Numbered from the stretch's first letter, positions 1 to 9,517 are shown. The stretch: DNA of 38,420 bases from Acidimicrobiia bacterium (GCA_027036355.1 JALVQZ010000125.1:1-38420); one strand, 5' to 3'. Notes: generated by a model from the letters alone, not told the origin. Numbers and translations: made by a program.

Positions 1-1
1 G

Positions 2-820
2 AAGTCGACCCTGCTCGGCATGATGGCGGGAGGAACCACCGCCGACCTGACCGTCCTCGCCCTCATCGGGGAACGGGGCCGGGAGGTGCGAGAGTTCATC
101 GAGGACGAGTTGGGCCCCGAAGGGATGCAGCGTTCGGTGGTGGTCGTCGCCACGTCCGACCAGCCGGCGCTCGTGAGGATCCGCGCCTCGCACCTGGCGA
201 CGAGGATCGCCGAATGGTTCGCCGACGGCGCCGCCGACGTGCTGTTGATGATGGACTCGCTCACTCGACTGGCGATGGCGCGCCGGGAGGTCGGTCTCGC
301 CGCCGGCGAGCCTCCGACCGCACGCGGGTACACCCCGTCGGTGTTCTCCGAGATGGCGCACCTCCTCGAGCGAGCCGGGCCGCGCGAACGCGGCACGATC
401 ACCGGCTTCTACACGATCCTCGTCGAAGGCGACGACATGAACGACCCGATCGCCGACGCCGCCCGGTCGATCCTCGACGGGCACATCGTGCTCGACCGGG
501 GGTTGGCCCACGCCGGACGCTACCCCGCGATCGATCCCCTCGCGTCCCTCAGCCGCCTCGCCCCCAAACTCGTCGACGCTCGACGCATCGAGCTGGTCAC
601 CCGGGCGCGGGGAGCGCTGGCGGCGGCCGAGGAGGTCCGTGACCTCGTCGAGGTGGGCGCCTATGTGCCGGGAACCAACCCGGGTGCCGATCTCGGTCTC
701 GCCGCCAAGCCGCACCTGGTCGAGTTCCTGAAGCAGGCGCCATCGGACCGTCCGTCCTTCGAGGACTCGTGGGCGCGTCTGGAAGCCCTGGCGCCGTTCC
801 TCGGAGACGAGCGGTCATGA
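2..820 (+). CDS. fliI: Flagellar export ATPase FliI, 5' truncated by window edge
   Basis: Frame from base 2 reads KSTLLGM (end of Walker A), then LIGERGREVREF, DSLTRLAMARREVGL, GEPP..RGY, EGDDMNDPIAD and ILDGHIVL; followed by fliJ. Confidence 0.95.
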   Translation, partial: KSTLLGMMAGGTTADLTVLALIGERGREVREFIEDELGPEGMQRSVVVVATSDQPALVRIRASHLATRIAEWFADGAADVLLMMDSLTRLAMARREVGLAAGEPPTARGYTPSVFSEMAHLLERAGPRERGTITGFYTILVEGDDMNDPIADAARSILDGHIVLDRGLAHAGRYPAIDPLASLSRLAPKLVDARRIELVTRARGALAAAEEVRDLVEVGAYVPGTNPGADLGLAAKPHLVEFLKQAPSDRPSFEDSWARLEALAPFLGDERS

Positions 821-1248
821 CCAGGAACAGGAACCCGTTCGACGTGCTGTTCCGTGTCCGGGCCATCAAGGAGCGACAAGCTCGCGGCGAGATGGGACGG
901 GCCCGAGCCGACCAGCACGAGGCGTACGCCAGGCTCCAGGAACTCAAGGCGAGCCTCGAGGGAGCGCCGGGCCTTCCCGGGACGCTGTCGGCCGTCCAGT
1001 TGCGGGCCCTCCAGTTGACGGGGATCACGTCCCACGAGCGCCTCCAGGCGGCGGCCGAAGCGCACGAGGAAGCCAGGGCCCTGGTCGAGCACCACACGGC
1101 CAGATGGCGCGCCACGTACGAGGAGCTCGAAGCCGCCGACCGCCTGAAGCAGAAGAAGAAGGAGGCCGCGGCCTTCCGGGCCGTCATCGCCTCGGAACGA
1201 GCGATGGACGACCTGCTGCTGTCGCTCAGATCCCGGAGGTCCCGATGA
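817..1248 (+). CDS. fliJ: Flagellar export protein FliJ
   Basis: ATGA overlap with fliI stop; 143-aa coiled-coil protein (VLFRVRAIKERQARGE...ERAMDD); canonical position after fliI. Confidence 0.75.
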   Translation: MTRNRNPFDVLFRVRAIKERQARGEMGRARADQHEAYARLQELKASLEGAPGLPGTLSAVQLRALQLTGITSHERLQAAAEAHEEARALVEHHTARWRATYEELEAADRLKQKKKEAAAFRAVIASERAMDDLLLSLRSRRSR

Positions 1249-1910
1249 CCGGGAACGTCGCCGCCGCCGCCGGCCGGATCGCTGCCATCCGTCGGCGCAT
1301 GGATGCGGTCGCTCCGCCATCGCGGGACTTCCGCAGCGTCCTCGCCTCCGCCGCAGCCGACGGTGGTCCGGCGGGCCCGGTCGCGTCGACCAAGCCATCC
1401 GCGGTCTTCGGCGTTCCGACCGTCGGCATCCTCGGGACCCGCCTCAAGCTCGCCCCCGGGGTGGCCGCCGGCGCGGGGATCGGCGCGATCGCCGACTGGT
1501 CCATGCGGCTGCCGGAGGCCGCACGGCCCTGGATCGGATCGATCCAGGAGGCGGCGAGGGACGCCGGCATCGATCCGCGGATGCTGGCCGCCTTGGTGTG
1601 GACCGAGTCGTCGTTCCGTCCCGACGCGGTCTCCCCGGCCGGCGCCGTGGGCCTGACCCAGCTCATGCCGGCCACCGCCGCCGAGCTCGGTGTCGACCCC
1701 TCCGACCCGGTCCAGAACCTCGAAGGCGGTGCCCGGTACCTGGCCCGGAACCTGGCCGAGTTCGGCCGTCTCGACCTCGCCGCGGCGGCGTACAACGCCG
1801 GCCCGGGTGCGGTTCGGCAGAACGGAGGCCATCCCTACATCGACGAACCCGGCGGCTACGTCGACCGGCTCGTCTCTCGATATCGACGACTTGGAGGTAC
1901 GCACCCGTGA
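1245..1910 (+). CDS. Lytic transglycosylase (SLT domain), flagellum-associated
   Basis: ATGA overlap; SLT motifs TESSF (catalytic Glu), AGAVGLTQLMP and AAYNAG. Confidence 0.9.
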   Translation: MTGNVAAAAGRIAAIRRRMDAVAPPSRDFRSVLASAAADGGPAGPVASTKPSAVFGVPTVGILGTRLKLAPGVAAGAGIGAIADWSMRLPEAARPWIGSIQEAARDAGIDPRMLAALVWTESSFRPDAVSPAGAVGLTQLMPATAAELGVDPSDPVQNLEGGARYLARNLAEFGRLDLAAAAYNAGPGAVRQNGGHPYIDEPGGYVDRLVSRYRRLGGTHP

Positions 1911-3280
1911 TCGAGTTCCCCCGCCTGCCCGACCCCGTCGGCGTCACAGGCCCGGAGGAGGGCGCCGAGGCCGAGGAAGGATCGGCGGCCTTCGCCGAGA
2001 TGCTGCAGCGCTCCCTCGGGCGCAATCTGGCTCCCGGCTTCGCCTCGCGGGCCCCCCACCGTGATGCCGAGAACGAGCCGTCGGCGAGCGGCGACGGCGG
2101 CGGCTCCGGATGGCTCGAGGGCGACGGCGTCGTCGGGTCCGCTGCCGCGGCGCTGGGCGTCGCGATCGGCGACTCCGCGCTGGGCGGCGCCGACGTCGCT
2201 TCGCCGGACGCGCGCCGCGATACCGGTGTCGCTGCCGACGGTCCTCCCGTCCCGGAGGTGCCCCGCGCGGCCCCCGATCCGACCTCGTCGCCGGCGGGTC
2301 CGCCCCCGTCCCTCTCCGTCGTCGAGGATGGACCGCCCGAGCCCGACGCGGTCCCGGCGGCGACCACGCAGGCCGAACCGGAGACGCCGTCTGCACCCGA
2401 ACGATCCGGGCCGGTCGGCGACGGCCCCGACGAGGTCGTGACCGTCGCCACGACCGTGTCCGGGTACGTGTCGATGGGGGAGCTCGCGACGGTGACCCCG
2501 ATCCGTGCACCCGGCGACGCCCCAGATGCCGGGCCCGTCGACGGGCCGGACCCCGACGGGACCATCGATGCCCCCTCCGCCTCGGCGCCTGCCTCGGTGG
2601 CCCAGTCCGAGCCGCTCGTGCACCCCGGCGCACCGGACGCCCCCGGTGAGGATCGGACGGCCTCCGTGCGAACCTCCCGGCCGGTGGATCCCGCCCGTGT
2701 CCCTCCCGGCGATGCGGGTGCGGGGGCGCCCGCGCCCCCCGCGGTTCGGCCTGTGGCGGGCGACGTCGACGAGGCACTGGCCCGGCTTCGGGCCCGTCTC
2801 GGGCGCCACGACGTTCGTCGCGGCGGCGATGCGGCCCCGCCGACCTCGTTGACCGCAGAGTCGGCCGGTGGGCGGATCCACGCCGGGCGCCCGACCCAGA
2901 CGGGTCCCCAACCGACCGTCCCCGCCTCCGCCCCTGTGTCGGCGCTCGCGGCACGCATCGTCGAGATCGCCGATCTCGTCGAAGCCCGGAGGCTCCCCCA
3001 GCGCGTGATCATCGACATGCCCGAGCTCGACGATGTCCGCCTCGCGGTGACCGTACGTGGAACGACGGTGACGATCACCGCACCCGACCGGCCGGAACTC
3101 CCAGGCGCCGTACGCGCGTGGCTCCCCGCCCTCGACGCCGCGCTCGCCGAACGCGGGCTCGACCTCGGCGGGGGTGGGCGTCGCCGGGACACCGGACCCG
3201 GCGAGCAACGACCCGGCCGGCCCATCGACGGCCCTCGGACACGGACCCGCGACACGACCGATGACGATCTCAGGCTCTGA
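1907..3280 (+). CDS. fliK: Probable hook-length control protein FliK
   Basis: GTGA overlap; long Pro/Ala/Asp-rich low-complexity body plus C-terminal T3S4-like segment (IDMPELDDVRLAVTV...LPALDAALAERGLDL); sits directly before flgD. Confidence 0.65.
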   Translation: MIEFPRLPDPVGVTGPEEGAEAEEGSAAFAEMLQRSLGRNLAPGFASRAPHRDAENEPSASGDGGGSGWLEGDGVVGSAAAALGVAIGDSALGGADVASPDARRDTGVAADGPPVPEVPRAAPDPTSSPAGPPPSLSVVEDGPPEPDAVPAATTQAEPETPSAPERSGPVGDGPDEVVTVATTVSGYVSMGELATVTPIRAPGDAPDAGPVDGPDPDGTIDAPSASAPASVAQSEPLVHPGAPDAPGEDRTASVRTSRPVDPARVPPGDAGAGAPAPPAVRPVAGDVDEALARLRARLGRHDVRRGGDAAPPTSLTAESAGGRIHAGRPTQTGPQPTVPASAPVSALAARIVEIADLVEARRLPQRVIIDMPELDDVRLAVTVRGTTVTITAPDRPELPGAVRAWLPALDAALAERGLDLGGGGRRRDTGPGEQRPGRPIDGPRTRTRDTTDDDLRL

Positions 3281-3298
3281 CGAGAGAGGCGATACCCC

Positions 3299-3724
3299 AT
3301 GAACATCGAAGCCACAGGCGCCGCCGCAGCGGCGGCCTCCACCCCCGGATCGGACGCCGCATCCAGTGCGCTCGGCCAGCTCGGATCCGACGCCTTCCTC
3401 AAGCTGCTGGTGGCGCAGCTCCGTTACCAGAACCCCATGGCCCCCAACGACGGCGCCGCCATGCTCCAGCAGACCGCCCAGTTCACGTCCGTCGAGACGC
3501 TCCAGGCGATCAGCGAATCGAACCAGCAGATGATGGGGCTCCAGCAGGTCACCTTGGCCATGTCGGTCGTCGGCAAGGAGGTCACCGCACTCGATCCGTC
3601 GGGCGGCAACGTCGTGGGGATCGTCGGGTCCGTTCGGTTCACCGCCGACGGTCCGATCCTCGATGTCGAGGGCTCCCAGATCCCGCTCGACAACGTCCTG
3701 AAGGTGACCGCTCCGACCCCCTGA
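3299..3724 (+). CDS. flgD: Hook capping protein FlgD
   Basis: LGSDAFLKLLVAQLRYQNPMAP...QTAQFTSVE signature. Confidence 0.95.
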   Translation: MNIEATGAAAAAASTPGSDAASSALGQLGSDAFLKLLVAQLRYQNPMAPNDGAAMLQQTAQFTSVETLQAISESNQQMMGLQQVTLAMSVVGKEVTALDPSGGNVVGIVGSVRFTADGPILDVEGSQIPLDNVLKVTAPTP

Positions 3725-3754
3725 AGGGCACCGCGCCACGGTGACCGTGGGCCC

Positions 3755-3781
3755 TTACGTCGGGCCCGGCGGAGCCGACAG
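3755..3781 (+). promoter_or_regulatory. sigma28/FliA-type promoter upstream of flbD-motAB-fliL
   Basis: cTTAC-N15-GCCGACAG. Confidence 0.6.
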
Positions 3782-3809
3782 ATCAGGTGCAAGCGACGAA
3801 CGATGAGCA

Positions 3810-3848
3810 CATCCAAAGGGAATTGGATGAGCGTGCACAAGGAGGTGC
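3810..3848 (+). promoter_or_regulatory. Two CsrA-type ANGGA hairpins in flbD leader, the second enclosing the SD
   Basis: CATCCAA-AGGGAA-TTGGATG (3810-3829) and GCAC-AAGGAG-GTGC (3835-3848). Confidence 0.7.
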
Positions 3849-3851
3849 CGA

Positions 3852-4115
3852 GTGATCCCCGTATCACCGCTCCAGGGTCGATCGATCCTGGTCAACGCGG
3901 ATCTCATCGAAGCCATCGAACGTGTTCCCGATACCGTCGTCGTCCTCGCCAACGGCCGGCGGATGTTCGTCACCGACTCCCCTGAGGAGATCATCGACCG
4001 GATCCGCCACGTTCGCGCCTCGATCTTGGCCTACGCCGACGACATCCTCGATCACGGTACCGCCGAAGTCGTTGCGTTGCATGGGATCGACGGGATCCCG
4101 GGGGACCTCCGATGA
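3852..4115 (+). CDS. flbD: Flagellar FlbD family protein, copy 1
   Basis: MI.V..L.G...VNADLIE.IE..PDTVV.L.NG motif; lies before motA. Confidence 0.9.
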   Translation: MIPVSPLQGRSILVNADLIEAIERVPDTVVVLANGRRMFVTDSPEEIIDRIRHVRASILAYADDILDHGTAEVVALHGIDGIPGDLR

Positions 4116-4894
4116 CGACCATCCTGGGTATCGTCATCGCCCTTCTCGCGATCGTCGTGGCGACGATCATGGACGGGAACTCGTTCGGCGCGCTCATCGG
4201 CCCTTCGTCGCTGGTGCTCGTTCTCGTCGGGTCGCTCGGCGTGTCGATGTCGGGGTTCCAGATGGACGACCTGAAGAAGCTGCCGAAGGTCATCATCTAC
4301 TCGTTCACCGGCAAGGAACCGGACGCCTCGGCCACCGTCGACACGCTGATGGAAGCCGCCGAAGTGGCCCGCAAGGAAGGGGTGCTCGCCCTCGAATCGA
4401 AGCTCGAAGGGATCGAAGACCCCTTCCTCCGCAACGGTCTGCAGTCGGTCGTCGACGGCGTCGACGCCGACACGATCAGGGACATGCTGGAGATCGACAT
4501 CCAGGCGCTCGACGATCGGCACCGCACCGGCATGAACATCGTCAAGGCGATGGGTGGCTACGCCCCGACCATGGGCATGATCGGGACCGTCGTGGGGCTC
4601 ATCAACATGCTGGGCAACCTCTCGGACCCTGCCCAGCTCGGGCTCGGCATGTCCGTGGCCCTGTTGACGACCCTGTACGGCGTCATCTTCGCCAACCTCG
4701 TGTTCCTCCCCATCTCCGCCAAGCTCGAACGCTTGAACGCCCTCGAACTGGCACAGCGTGAGCTCGCCATGGACGGCATCCTCGCCATTCAGGCCGGAGC
4801 CAGCCCCCGGCTCCTCGTCGAGCGCCTCGAGTCCTACCTCATCCCCGAGGCCCGCGTGGGCCACCAGGAACGTTCGAAGAGGAAGGCCGCCTGA
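4112..4894 (+). CDS. motA: Stator A subunit (MotA/PomA/MotP family)
   Basis: ARKEGVLALE, APTMGMIGTVVGL, ALLTTLYG; four TM segments. Confidence 0.95.
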   Translation: MTTILGIVIALLAIVVATIMDGNSFGALIGPSSLVLVLVGSLGVSMSGFQMDDLKKLPKVIIYSFTGKEPDASATVDTLMEAAEVARKEGVLALESKLEGIEDPFLRNGLQSVVDGVDADTIRDMLEIDIQALDDRHRTGMNIVKAMGGYAPTMGMIGTVVGLINMLGNLSDPAQLGLGMSVALLTTLYGVIFANLVFLPISAKLERLNALELAQRELAMDGILAIQAGASPRLLVERLESYLIPEARVGHQERSKRKAA

Positions 4895-5772
4895 TGGCCA
4901 GGAACCGCCGACCACCCGAAGAGGACAATCCGCTGCGGTGGCTCACCACCTACGGCGACGTCGTCACCCTGCTGCTGGCGTTCTTCGTGATGCTGTACGC
5001 CATCTCGAGGGTCGACGAGCAGAAGTTCATGCTCTTCGTCGCCGGCCTCCAGGATCCCTTCGGCAACGAAGCGATCGCCAACGGGCTCCTCGCCCAGGGC
5101 ACCGGGATCGTGGGGGGAGCGTACGGCGACAAGCCCGTCGGCGACCGGGAGGGCTTCGACGGCGACGGTCTGCTCGACGGGCGGCCCGAGGTCGACACGA
5201 AGGTCGCCGCCGACGTGCCGACCGAAGACCAGATCGACGAGGAGGACGTCCGCGACTACCTCACGTCCTTGGAGGACCTGGTGCGGGTGCGCGACGCCGT
5301 CAAGGAGGCGCTTCAGGCCGCGGGGTTCGACGAGAACGTGGACTTCGAACTCGGCGCCCGAGGCCTGGTGATCGCCGTCGCCACCGACGACGTCCTGTTC
5401 GCCAGCGGATCGGCCGCGTTCGGTGCCCAGGGGCGGGAGATCATCGCCGCGATCGCGCCGAGCCTCGACTCCTTCGAGAACCAGATCCTCGTCGAGGGAC
5501 ACACCGACTCGGTGCCCCTGCACGGGCGGGGCGGCTACGACAACTGGAACCTGTCTGCCGATCGCGCCCTGGCGGTCTTGAAACTGCTCGTCGACGAGTA
5601 CGGGATCGATCCGCAGCGGCTGGCTGCCACCGGATACGGCGAGTTCAGACCTCGGGCTTCGAACGAGACGGAGGAAGGCAAAGCGAAGAACCGCAGGGTC
5701 GAGCTGGTCGTCGTTGCCGACGTTGCCCGGCTCCAGGACACCACGAACGGAGGTGATGGCGATGGTGGCTGA
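4894..5772 (+). CDS. motB: Stator B subunit (MotB/PomB/MotS family)
   Basis: WLTTYGDVVTLLLAFFVML TM; OmpA-like domain EGHTD, NWNLSADRA, NRRVE. Confidence 0.95.
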   Translation: MARNRRPPEEDNPLRWLTTYGDVVTLLLAFFVMLYAISRVDEQKFMLFVAGLQDPFGNEAIANGLLAQGTGIVGGAYGDKPVGDREGFDGDGLLDGRPEVDTKVAADVPTEDQIDEEDVRDYLTSLEDLVRVRDAVKEALQAAGFDENVDFELGARGLVIAVATDDVLFASGSAAFGAQGREIIAAIAPSLDSFENQILVEGHTDSVPLHGRGGYDNWNLSADRALAVLKLLVDEYGIDPQRLAATGYGEFRPRASNETEEGKAKNRRVELVVVADVARLQDTTNGGDGDGG

Positions 5773-6235
5773 GGTCGCCGAGGCGCCGGCACAAGAAGCG
5801 CCCAAGAAAGGGAAGAAGAAGCTCATCATGATCGTCGTACCGGTCGTGGTGCTCGTCGGGGTCGCCGGCTTCTTCATGTTCGGGAAGGGCGGCGGTGACG
5901 AGACCGCCGTCACGACGACCACCGTCGTCGAGATCGGCTCGGTCATCGAAGGGGAGACGTTGACGGTGAACCTGGCCGATCCCGGCTCACCTCGCTACGC
6001 CCGAGTGACCTTCGCCGTGGTGCTCCCGATGGGCGCCGACTCGGGGATCGTGGGGATGAAGATCGCGCTGCTCAAGGATCGGGCGGTCAGCATCATCTCG
6101 GCGTACACGTCCGACATGCTCCTCGGCGACGGCGGCCTGGATCGCCTCCGAAGCGAGCTGACGGCGGCTGCCGGCGAGATCTGGGACGAGACCGAGGTGA
6201 TGGAGGTCGTGTTGACCGAGGTCCTCGTTCAGTGA
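5762..6235 (+). CDS. fliL: Flagellar basal body protein FliL
   Basis: KKGKKK plus single TM, then TVNLAD; GGAGG SD upstream; position after motB. Confidence 0.85.
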   Translation: MVAEVAEAPAQEAPKKGKKKLIMIVVPVVVLVGVAGFFMFGKGGGDETAVTTTTVVEIGSVIEGETLTVNLADPGSPRYARVTFAVVLPMGADSGIVGMKIALLKDRAVSIISAYTSDMLLGDGGLDRLRSELTAAAGEIWDETEVMEVVLTEVLVQ

Positions 6236-6278
6236 GCGGCGGCGTGGGTTCCTCCGAGCCGCGACGGCCGACGGGTCC

Positions 6279-6305
6279 TTCATCTGGAGGCGTCCCTGCC
6301 GACGG
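6279..6305 (+). promoter_or_regulatory. sigma28-type promoter upstream of fliM
   Basis: cTTCA-N15-GCCGACGG. Confidence 0.55.
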
Positions 6306-6339
6306 TTGATGGCGTGACACCTTCGACCGGAGGCACTCC

Positions 6340-7272
6340 GTGACCGCAGCACCGACGACCGACACGCCGCTCCGACCGGGCGACCAGGTCACCGTCGCGC
6401 CGTTCGACTTCCGAGCCACCGGCGCGATCGCCAAGGAGCTGGTCCGGCGCCTCGAGCTGCTACACGAGGTCTTCTCCAGGGCGCTCGGCAACGAGCTGTC
6501 CAACGCTCTCCGCTCGCTCGTCCGCATCGAACTGATGTCGGTCGATCAGGTGAGCTACGACGAGTACGTGCGGTCGGCGCCGAACCCGACCGTGCTCTGC
6601 TCCATGGCCACCCCACCGCTGCCCGGTTCGGTACTGATCGAGATGAGCACGCAGATGGCGCTCAACCTCGTCGATCGGCTCCTCGGTGGCAACGGGACCT
6701 CCACGATCGTCCGGCGCCCCACCGCCCTGGAGACGTCCATCATCGAGGACCTGCTGCAGATGTTCGTCGAGCCGGTCCGTCAGACCCTCGAGCCGCTCAT
6801 CGAGATCGAGCCCGCCCTCGGCGGGATCGAGTACAACCCGCACTTCCTGCAGGCCGCCAACCCGTCGGACATGATGACGATCCTGTCGTTCTCCTTGTCG
6901 ATCGTCCAGGGTGTCCGCGCCGAGGGTCTGCTCACCGTCGCGTACCCGCCCGCGGTCATCGATGCGATCACCGAACGGGCCGACGCGGCCGTCGCCGACG
7001 ATCGCCTCCCGGCGTTGGAGGCCGGCATCCCCGATTCCCCCGTCGCCGACCGTCTCGTCGACGCACCGGTGACCCTCAGCATCGAGCTGCGACCGACCAC
7101 GGTCGCCGCCGCCCAGCTCGCCGAACTGCGACCCGGCGACGTGCTCACCCTCGACCACCGGGTCGACGAGGAGGTCGTCGGGCGGGTCGCCGAGATGGAG
7201 ATCCTCCGCGGCCGGATCGGCCGCAACGGCAAGAACCTGGCCCTACAGCTGACACAGTGGAGCGCACGATGA
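6340..7272 (+). CDS. fliM: Motor switch protein FliM (no N-terminal LSQxEID motif)
   Basis: PFDFR, VDQVSYDEYVRS, DRLLGG.G, RRPTALE and C-terminal SpoA domain (LRPGDVL). Confidence 0.9.
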   Translation: MTAAPTTDTPLRPGDQVTVAPFDFRATGAIAKELVRRLELLHEVFSRALGNELSNALRSLVRIELMSVDQVSYDEYVRSAPNPTVLCSMATPPLPGSVLIEMSTQMALNLVDRLLGGNGTSTIVRRPTALETSIIEDLLQMFVEPVRQTLEPLIEIEPALGGIEYNPHFLQAANPSDMMTILSFSLSIVQGVRAEGLLTVAYPPAVIDAITERADAAVADDRLPALEAGIPDSPVADRLVDAPVTLSIELRPTTVAAAQLAELRPGDVLTLDHRVDEEVVGRVAEMEILRGRIGRNGKNLALQLTQWSAR

Positions 7273-8039
7273 CCACCGACACGATCACCCCCGACATCGA
7301 GGCGACCCTCGCCACGATCGCATCCGACGCCGTCCAGGCATGGGCCACCGCGGCCGGCCTCGACATCGACGCCGCCACCCCGGTCGTCGGCGGCACCGTC
7401 GATCTCGATCCGGACGCCGCGGTCGCCGTCGCCGCCCAACTCGCCGGAGCGGTCCAAGGAGCGCTGGTCGTCGTCGTCCCCGCCGACGCCATGCCCGATC
7501 AGGAAGCGGCGCTCGCCGGGATCGTCACCGCCGCCGCCGAGGCCCTCGGCCGCGCCGCCGGCGGCCCGGTCGAGGTCGAAGGTTCGGGCATCGTGGCCGC
7601 CGCCGAGGTCCTCTCCGCCGGCGGACATCACGTTGCCATCGAGATCGCCGGTGCGCAGGGCTCGTACCTGATGCACTGGCTGCTGGAGCCCACGCTCGTG
7701 GCCCGGATCGGGGACGGTCCGGTCGCGTCCCCCGGGTCACCGAGCGTGGCTCCGGCATCGTTCCCGGACCTCGCCGGAGCTCCGCCGGCGTCCGCGTCGC
7801 TGCGGGAGCTCAGCGTCCTGGCGGACGTCCAGATGGAGGTCAGCGTCGAACTGGGCCGCACCCAGCTACGGGTCAGGGACCTCCTCGCCCTCGTCGAGGG
7901 CAGCATCATCGACCTGGATCGAACCGCCGACGCCGAGGTCTCGGTGTTCGTCAACGGCACCCTGATCGCCAAGGGCGACGTGGTCGTCGTCGACGAGGAG
8001 CTCGGCGTTCGGATCACCGAGGTCGTCGCTCGGCCATGA
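7269..8039 (+). CDS. fliN: Motor switch protein FliN with long N-terminal extension
   Basis: C-terminal SpoA domain LADVQMEVSVELGRT...VNGTLIAKGDVVVV..LGVRIT; ATGA overlap. Confidence 0.9.
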   Translation: MTTDTITPDIEATLATIASDAVQAWATAAGLDIDAATPVVGGTVDLDPDAAVAVAAQLAGAVQGALVVVVPADAMPDQEAALAGIVTAAAEALGRAAGGPVEVEGSGIVAAAEVLSAGGHHVAIEIAGAQGSYLMHWLLEPTLVARIGDGPVASPGSPSVAPASFPDLAGAPPASASLRELSVLADVQMEVSVELGRTQLRVRDLLALVEGSIIDLDRTADAEVSVFVNGTLIAKGDVVVVDEELGVRITEVVARP

Positions 8040-8422
8040 ACGTCGGCGAGGTCATCGGCCGGACGATCCCGGCGCTCCTGCTGGTGCTGGCGGTCCCGCT
8101 CGGGGCGTACTGGTGGGCTCGCCGATCCGGCACGACCGGCACCAGCGCGGATCTCCGCATCGGCGCGAAGGCGGCCTTCGGGAAGAACCTGTGGGTCGCC
8201 GTGGTCGAGGTCGACGACCGACGGTTCCTCGTCGGCGTCGGCGAGGGAGGGATCAACGTCATCTCGGAGCTGGATCGGACCCCGGCGCCCGCGGTGGCAC
8301 ACGGCACGGAAGCCGACGAAGGAACGGAACGGCCAGGGATGGGCCTCGTCCGCCGGTTGCAGCACATGACGGTGCGCAAACCGACGAGGACCTCCTGGAG
8401 GCCGCGTGTTCCCACCCCGTAG
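8036..8422 (+). CDS. fliO: Flagellar biosynthesis protein FliO
   Basis: N-terminal TM, then VVEVDDRRFLVGVGEGGINVISEL; lies between fliN and fliP. Confidence 0.8.
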   Translation: MNVGEVIGRTIPALLLVLAVPLGAYWWARRSGTTGTSADLRIGAKAAFGKNLWVAVVEVDDRRFLVGVGEGGINVISELDRTPAPAVAHGTEADEGTERPGMGLVRRLQHMTVRKPTRTSWRPRVPTP

Positions 8423-9254
8423 GGTCGCAGCCTTCCTCCTGATCGTCGCCGCGTTCGTCGGGATGCCGAGGGGCGCCGCCTTCGCCCAGGTTCCCGACCA
8501 GCCGCCCGCCGCCGGTGTCGTCGGCGTCCCCGAGAACCAGACGGTCCTGACCGTCCCCGACGTTCCCGAGACACCGGCGGTGCCCGATGTCGGCATCAGC
8601 ATCGACTCGGAGGACGGAGGCATCTCGAAGGCGGTCCTCATCGTCATCATGCTCGCCCTGGCCTCGGTGGTGCCGTTGCTGCTGCTCCTCACGACGTCGT
8701 TCACGCGGTTCGTCGTCGTCCTCGGCCTGACGCGCAACGCCGTCGGGATCCAGAACATCCCGCCCACCCAGGTCCTCATCGGCTTGGCCTTCTTCCTGAC
8801 CTTGTTCGTCATGGGACCGATGCTGTCCACCATCAAGGCCGACGCGGTGGATCCGCTCCTCGCCGGCGAGATCGACCAGTCCACGGCCATCGAGATCGCC
8901 ACCGAGCCCCTCCGCAGCTTCATGCTCGACCAGACCCGCGAAGAGGACCTCGCCCTGTTCATCGGTCTCGCCGGCAAGGACAAGCCCGAGACGCCCGAGG
9001 ACGTGTCGCTGACGACGCTGATCCCGGCCTTCGTCGTGTCGGAGCTGACGACGGCGTTCATGATCGGATTCCTGATCTACGTGCCGTTCCTCATCATCGA
9101 CCTGATCGTCTCGGCGGTCCTGATGGCCCTGGGGATGGTGATGTTGCCTCCGGTGTTCATCTCCCTGCCGCTGAAGCTACTCCTGTTCGTCCTCGTCAAC
9201 GGCTGGGCGCTGATCATCGGCTCGGTCGTCCAATCGGTCGGAGCGGTGTCGTGA
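8406..9254 (+). CDS. fliP: Export gate protein FliP
   Basis: TSFTRFVVVL..RNA, PP.QVLIGLA, LIPAFVVSEL, GMVMLPP.ISLPLKLLLFV. Confidence 0.95.
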   Translation: MFPPRRVAAFLLIVAAFVGMPRGAAFAQVPDQPPAAGVVGVPENQTVLTVPDVPETPAVPDVGISIDSEDGGISKAVLIVIMLALASVVPLLLLLTTSFTRFVVVLGLTRNAVGIQNIPPTQVLIGLAFFLTLFVMGPMLSTIKADAVDPLLAGEIDQSTAIEIATEPLRSFMLDQTREEDLALFIGLAGKDKPETPEDVSLTTLIPAFVVSELTTAFMIGFLIYVPFLIIDLIVSAVLMALGMVMLPPVFISLPLKLLLFVLVNGWALIIGSVVQSVGAVS

Positions 9255-9517
9255 CCGACGCCCAGGTCCTCCAGATCGCCCAGGACGCGTTCGTCATCGC
9301 CGGCAAGATCGCCGGCCCCGTGCTCATGGCGGCCCTCATCGTCGGGGTCGTCATCTCCGTGATCCAGACGATCACCCAGATCCAAGAGATGACCCTGACC
9401 TTCGTCCCGAAGCTGCTCGCCGCCGGCCTCGTCGTGTTGCTCGGCGGCAACTGGATGATCGGTGAGATGACGAGCTGGGTCCGCGCCCTGTGGGGACTGA
9501 TCCCGGGTATCGGATGA
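9251..9517 (+). CDS. fliQ: Export gate protein FliQ
   Basis: Q..TQIQEMTLTFVPK. Confidence 0.95.
   Translation: MTDAQVLQIAQDAFVIAGKIAGPVLMAALIVGVVISVIQTITQIQEMTLTFVPKLLAAGLVVLLGGNWMIGEMTSWVRALWGLIPGIG

Noticed and set aside
3803-3985. 60-aa ORF overlapping flbD
   Set aside because: Overlaps flbD out of frame; the sequence is better explained as leader hairpins
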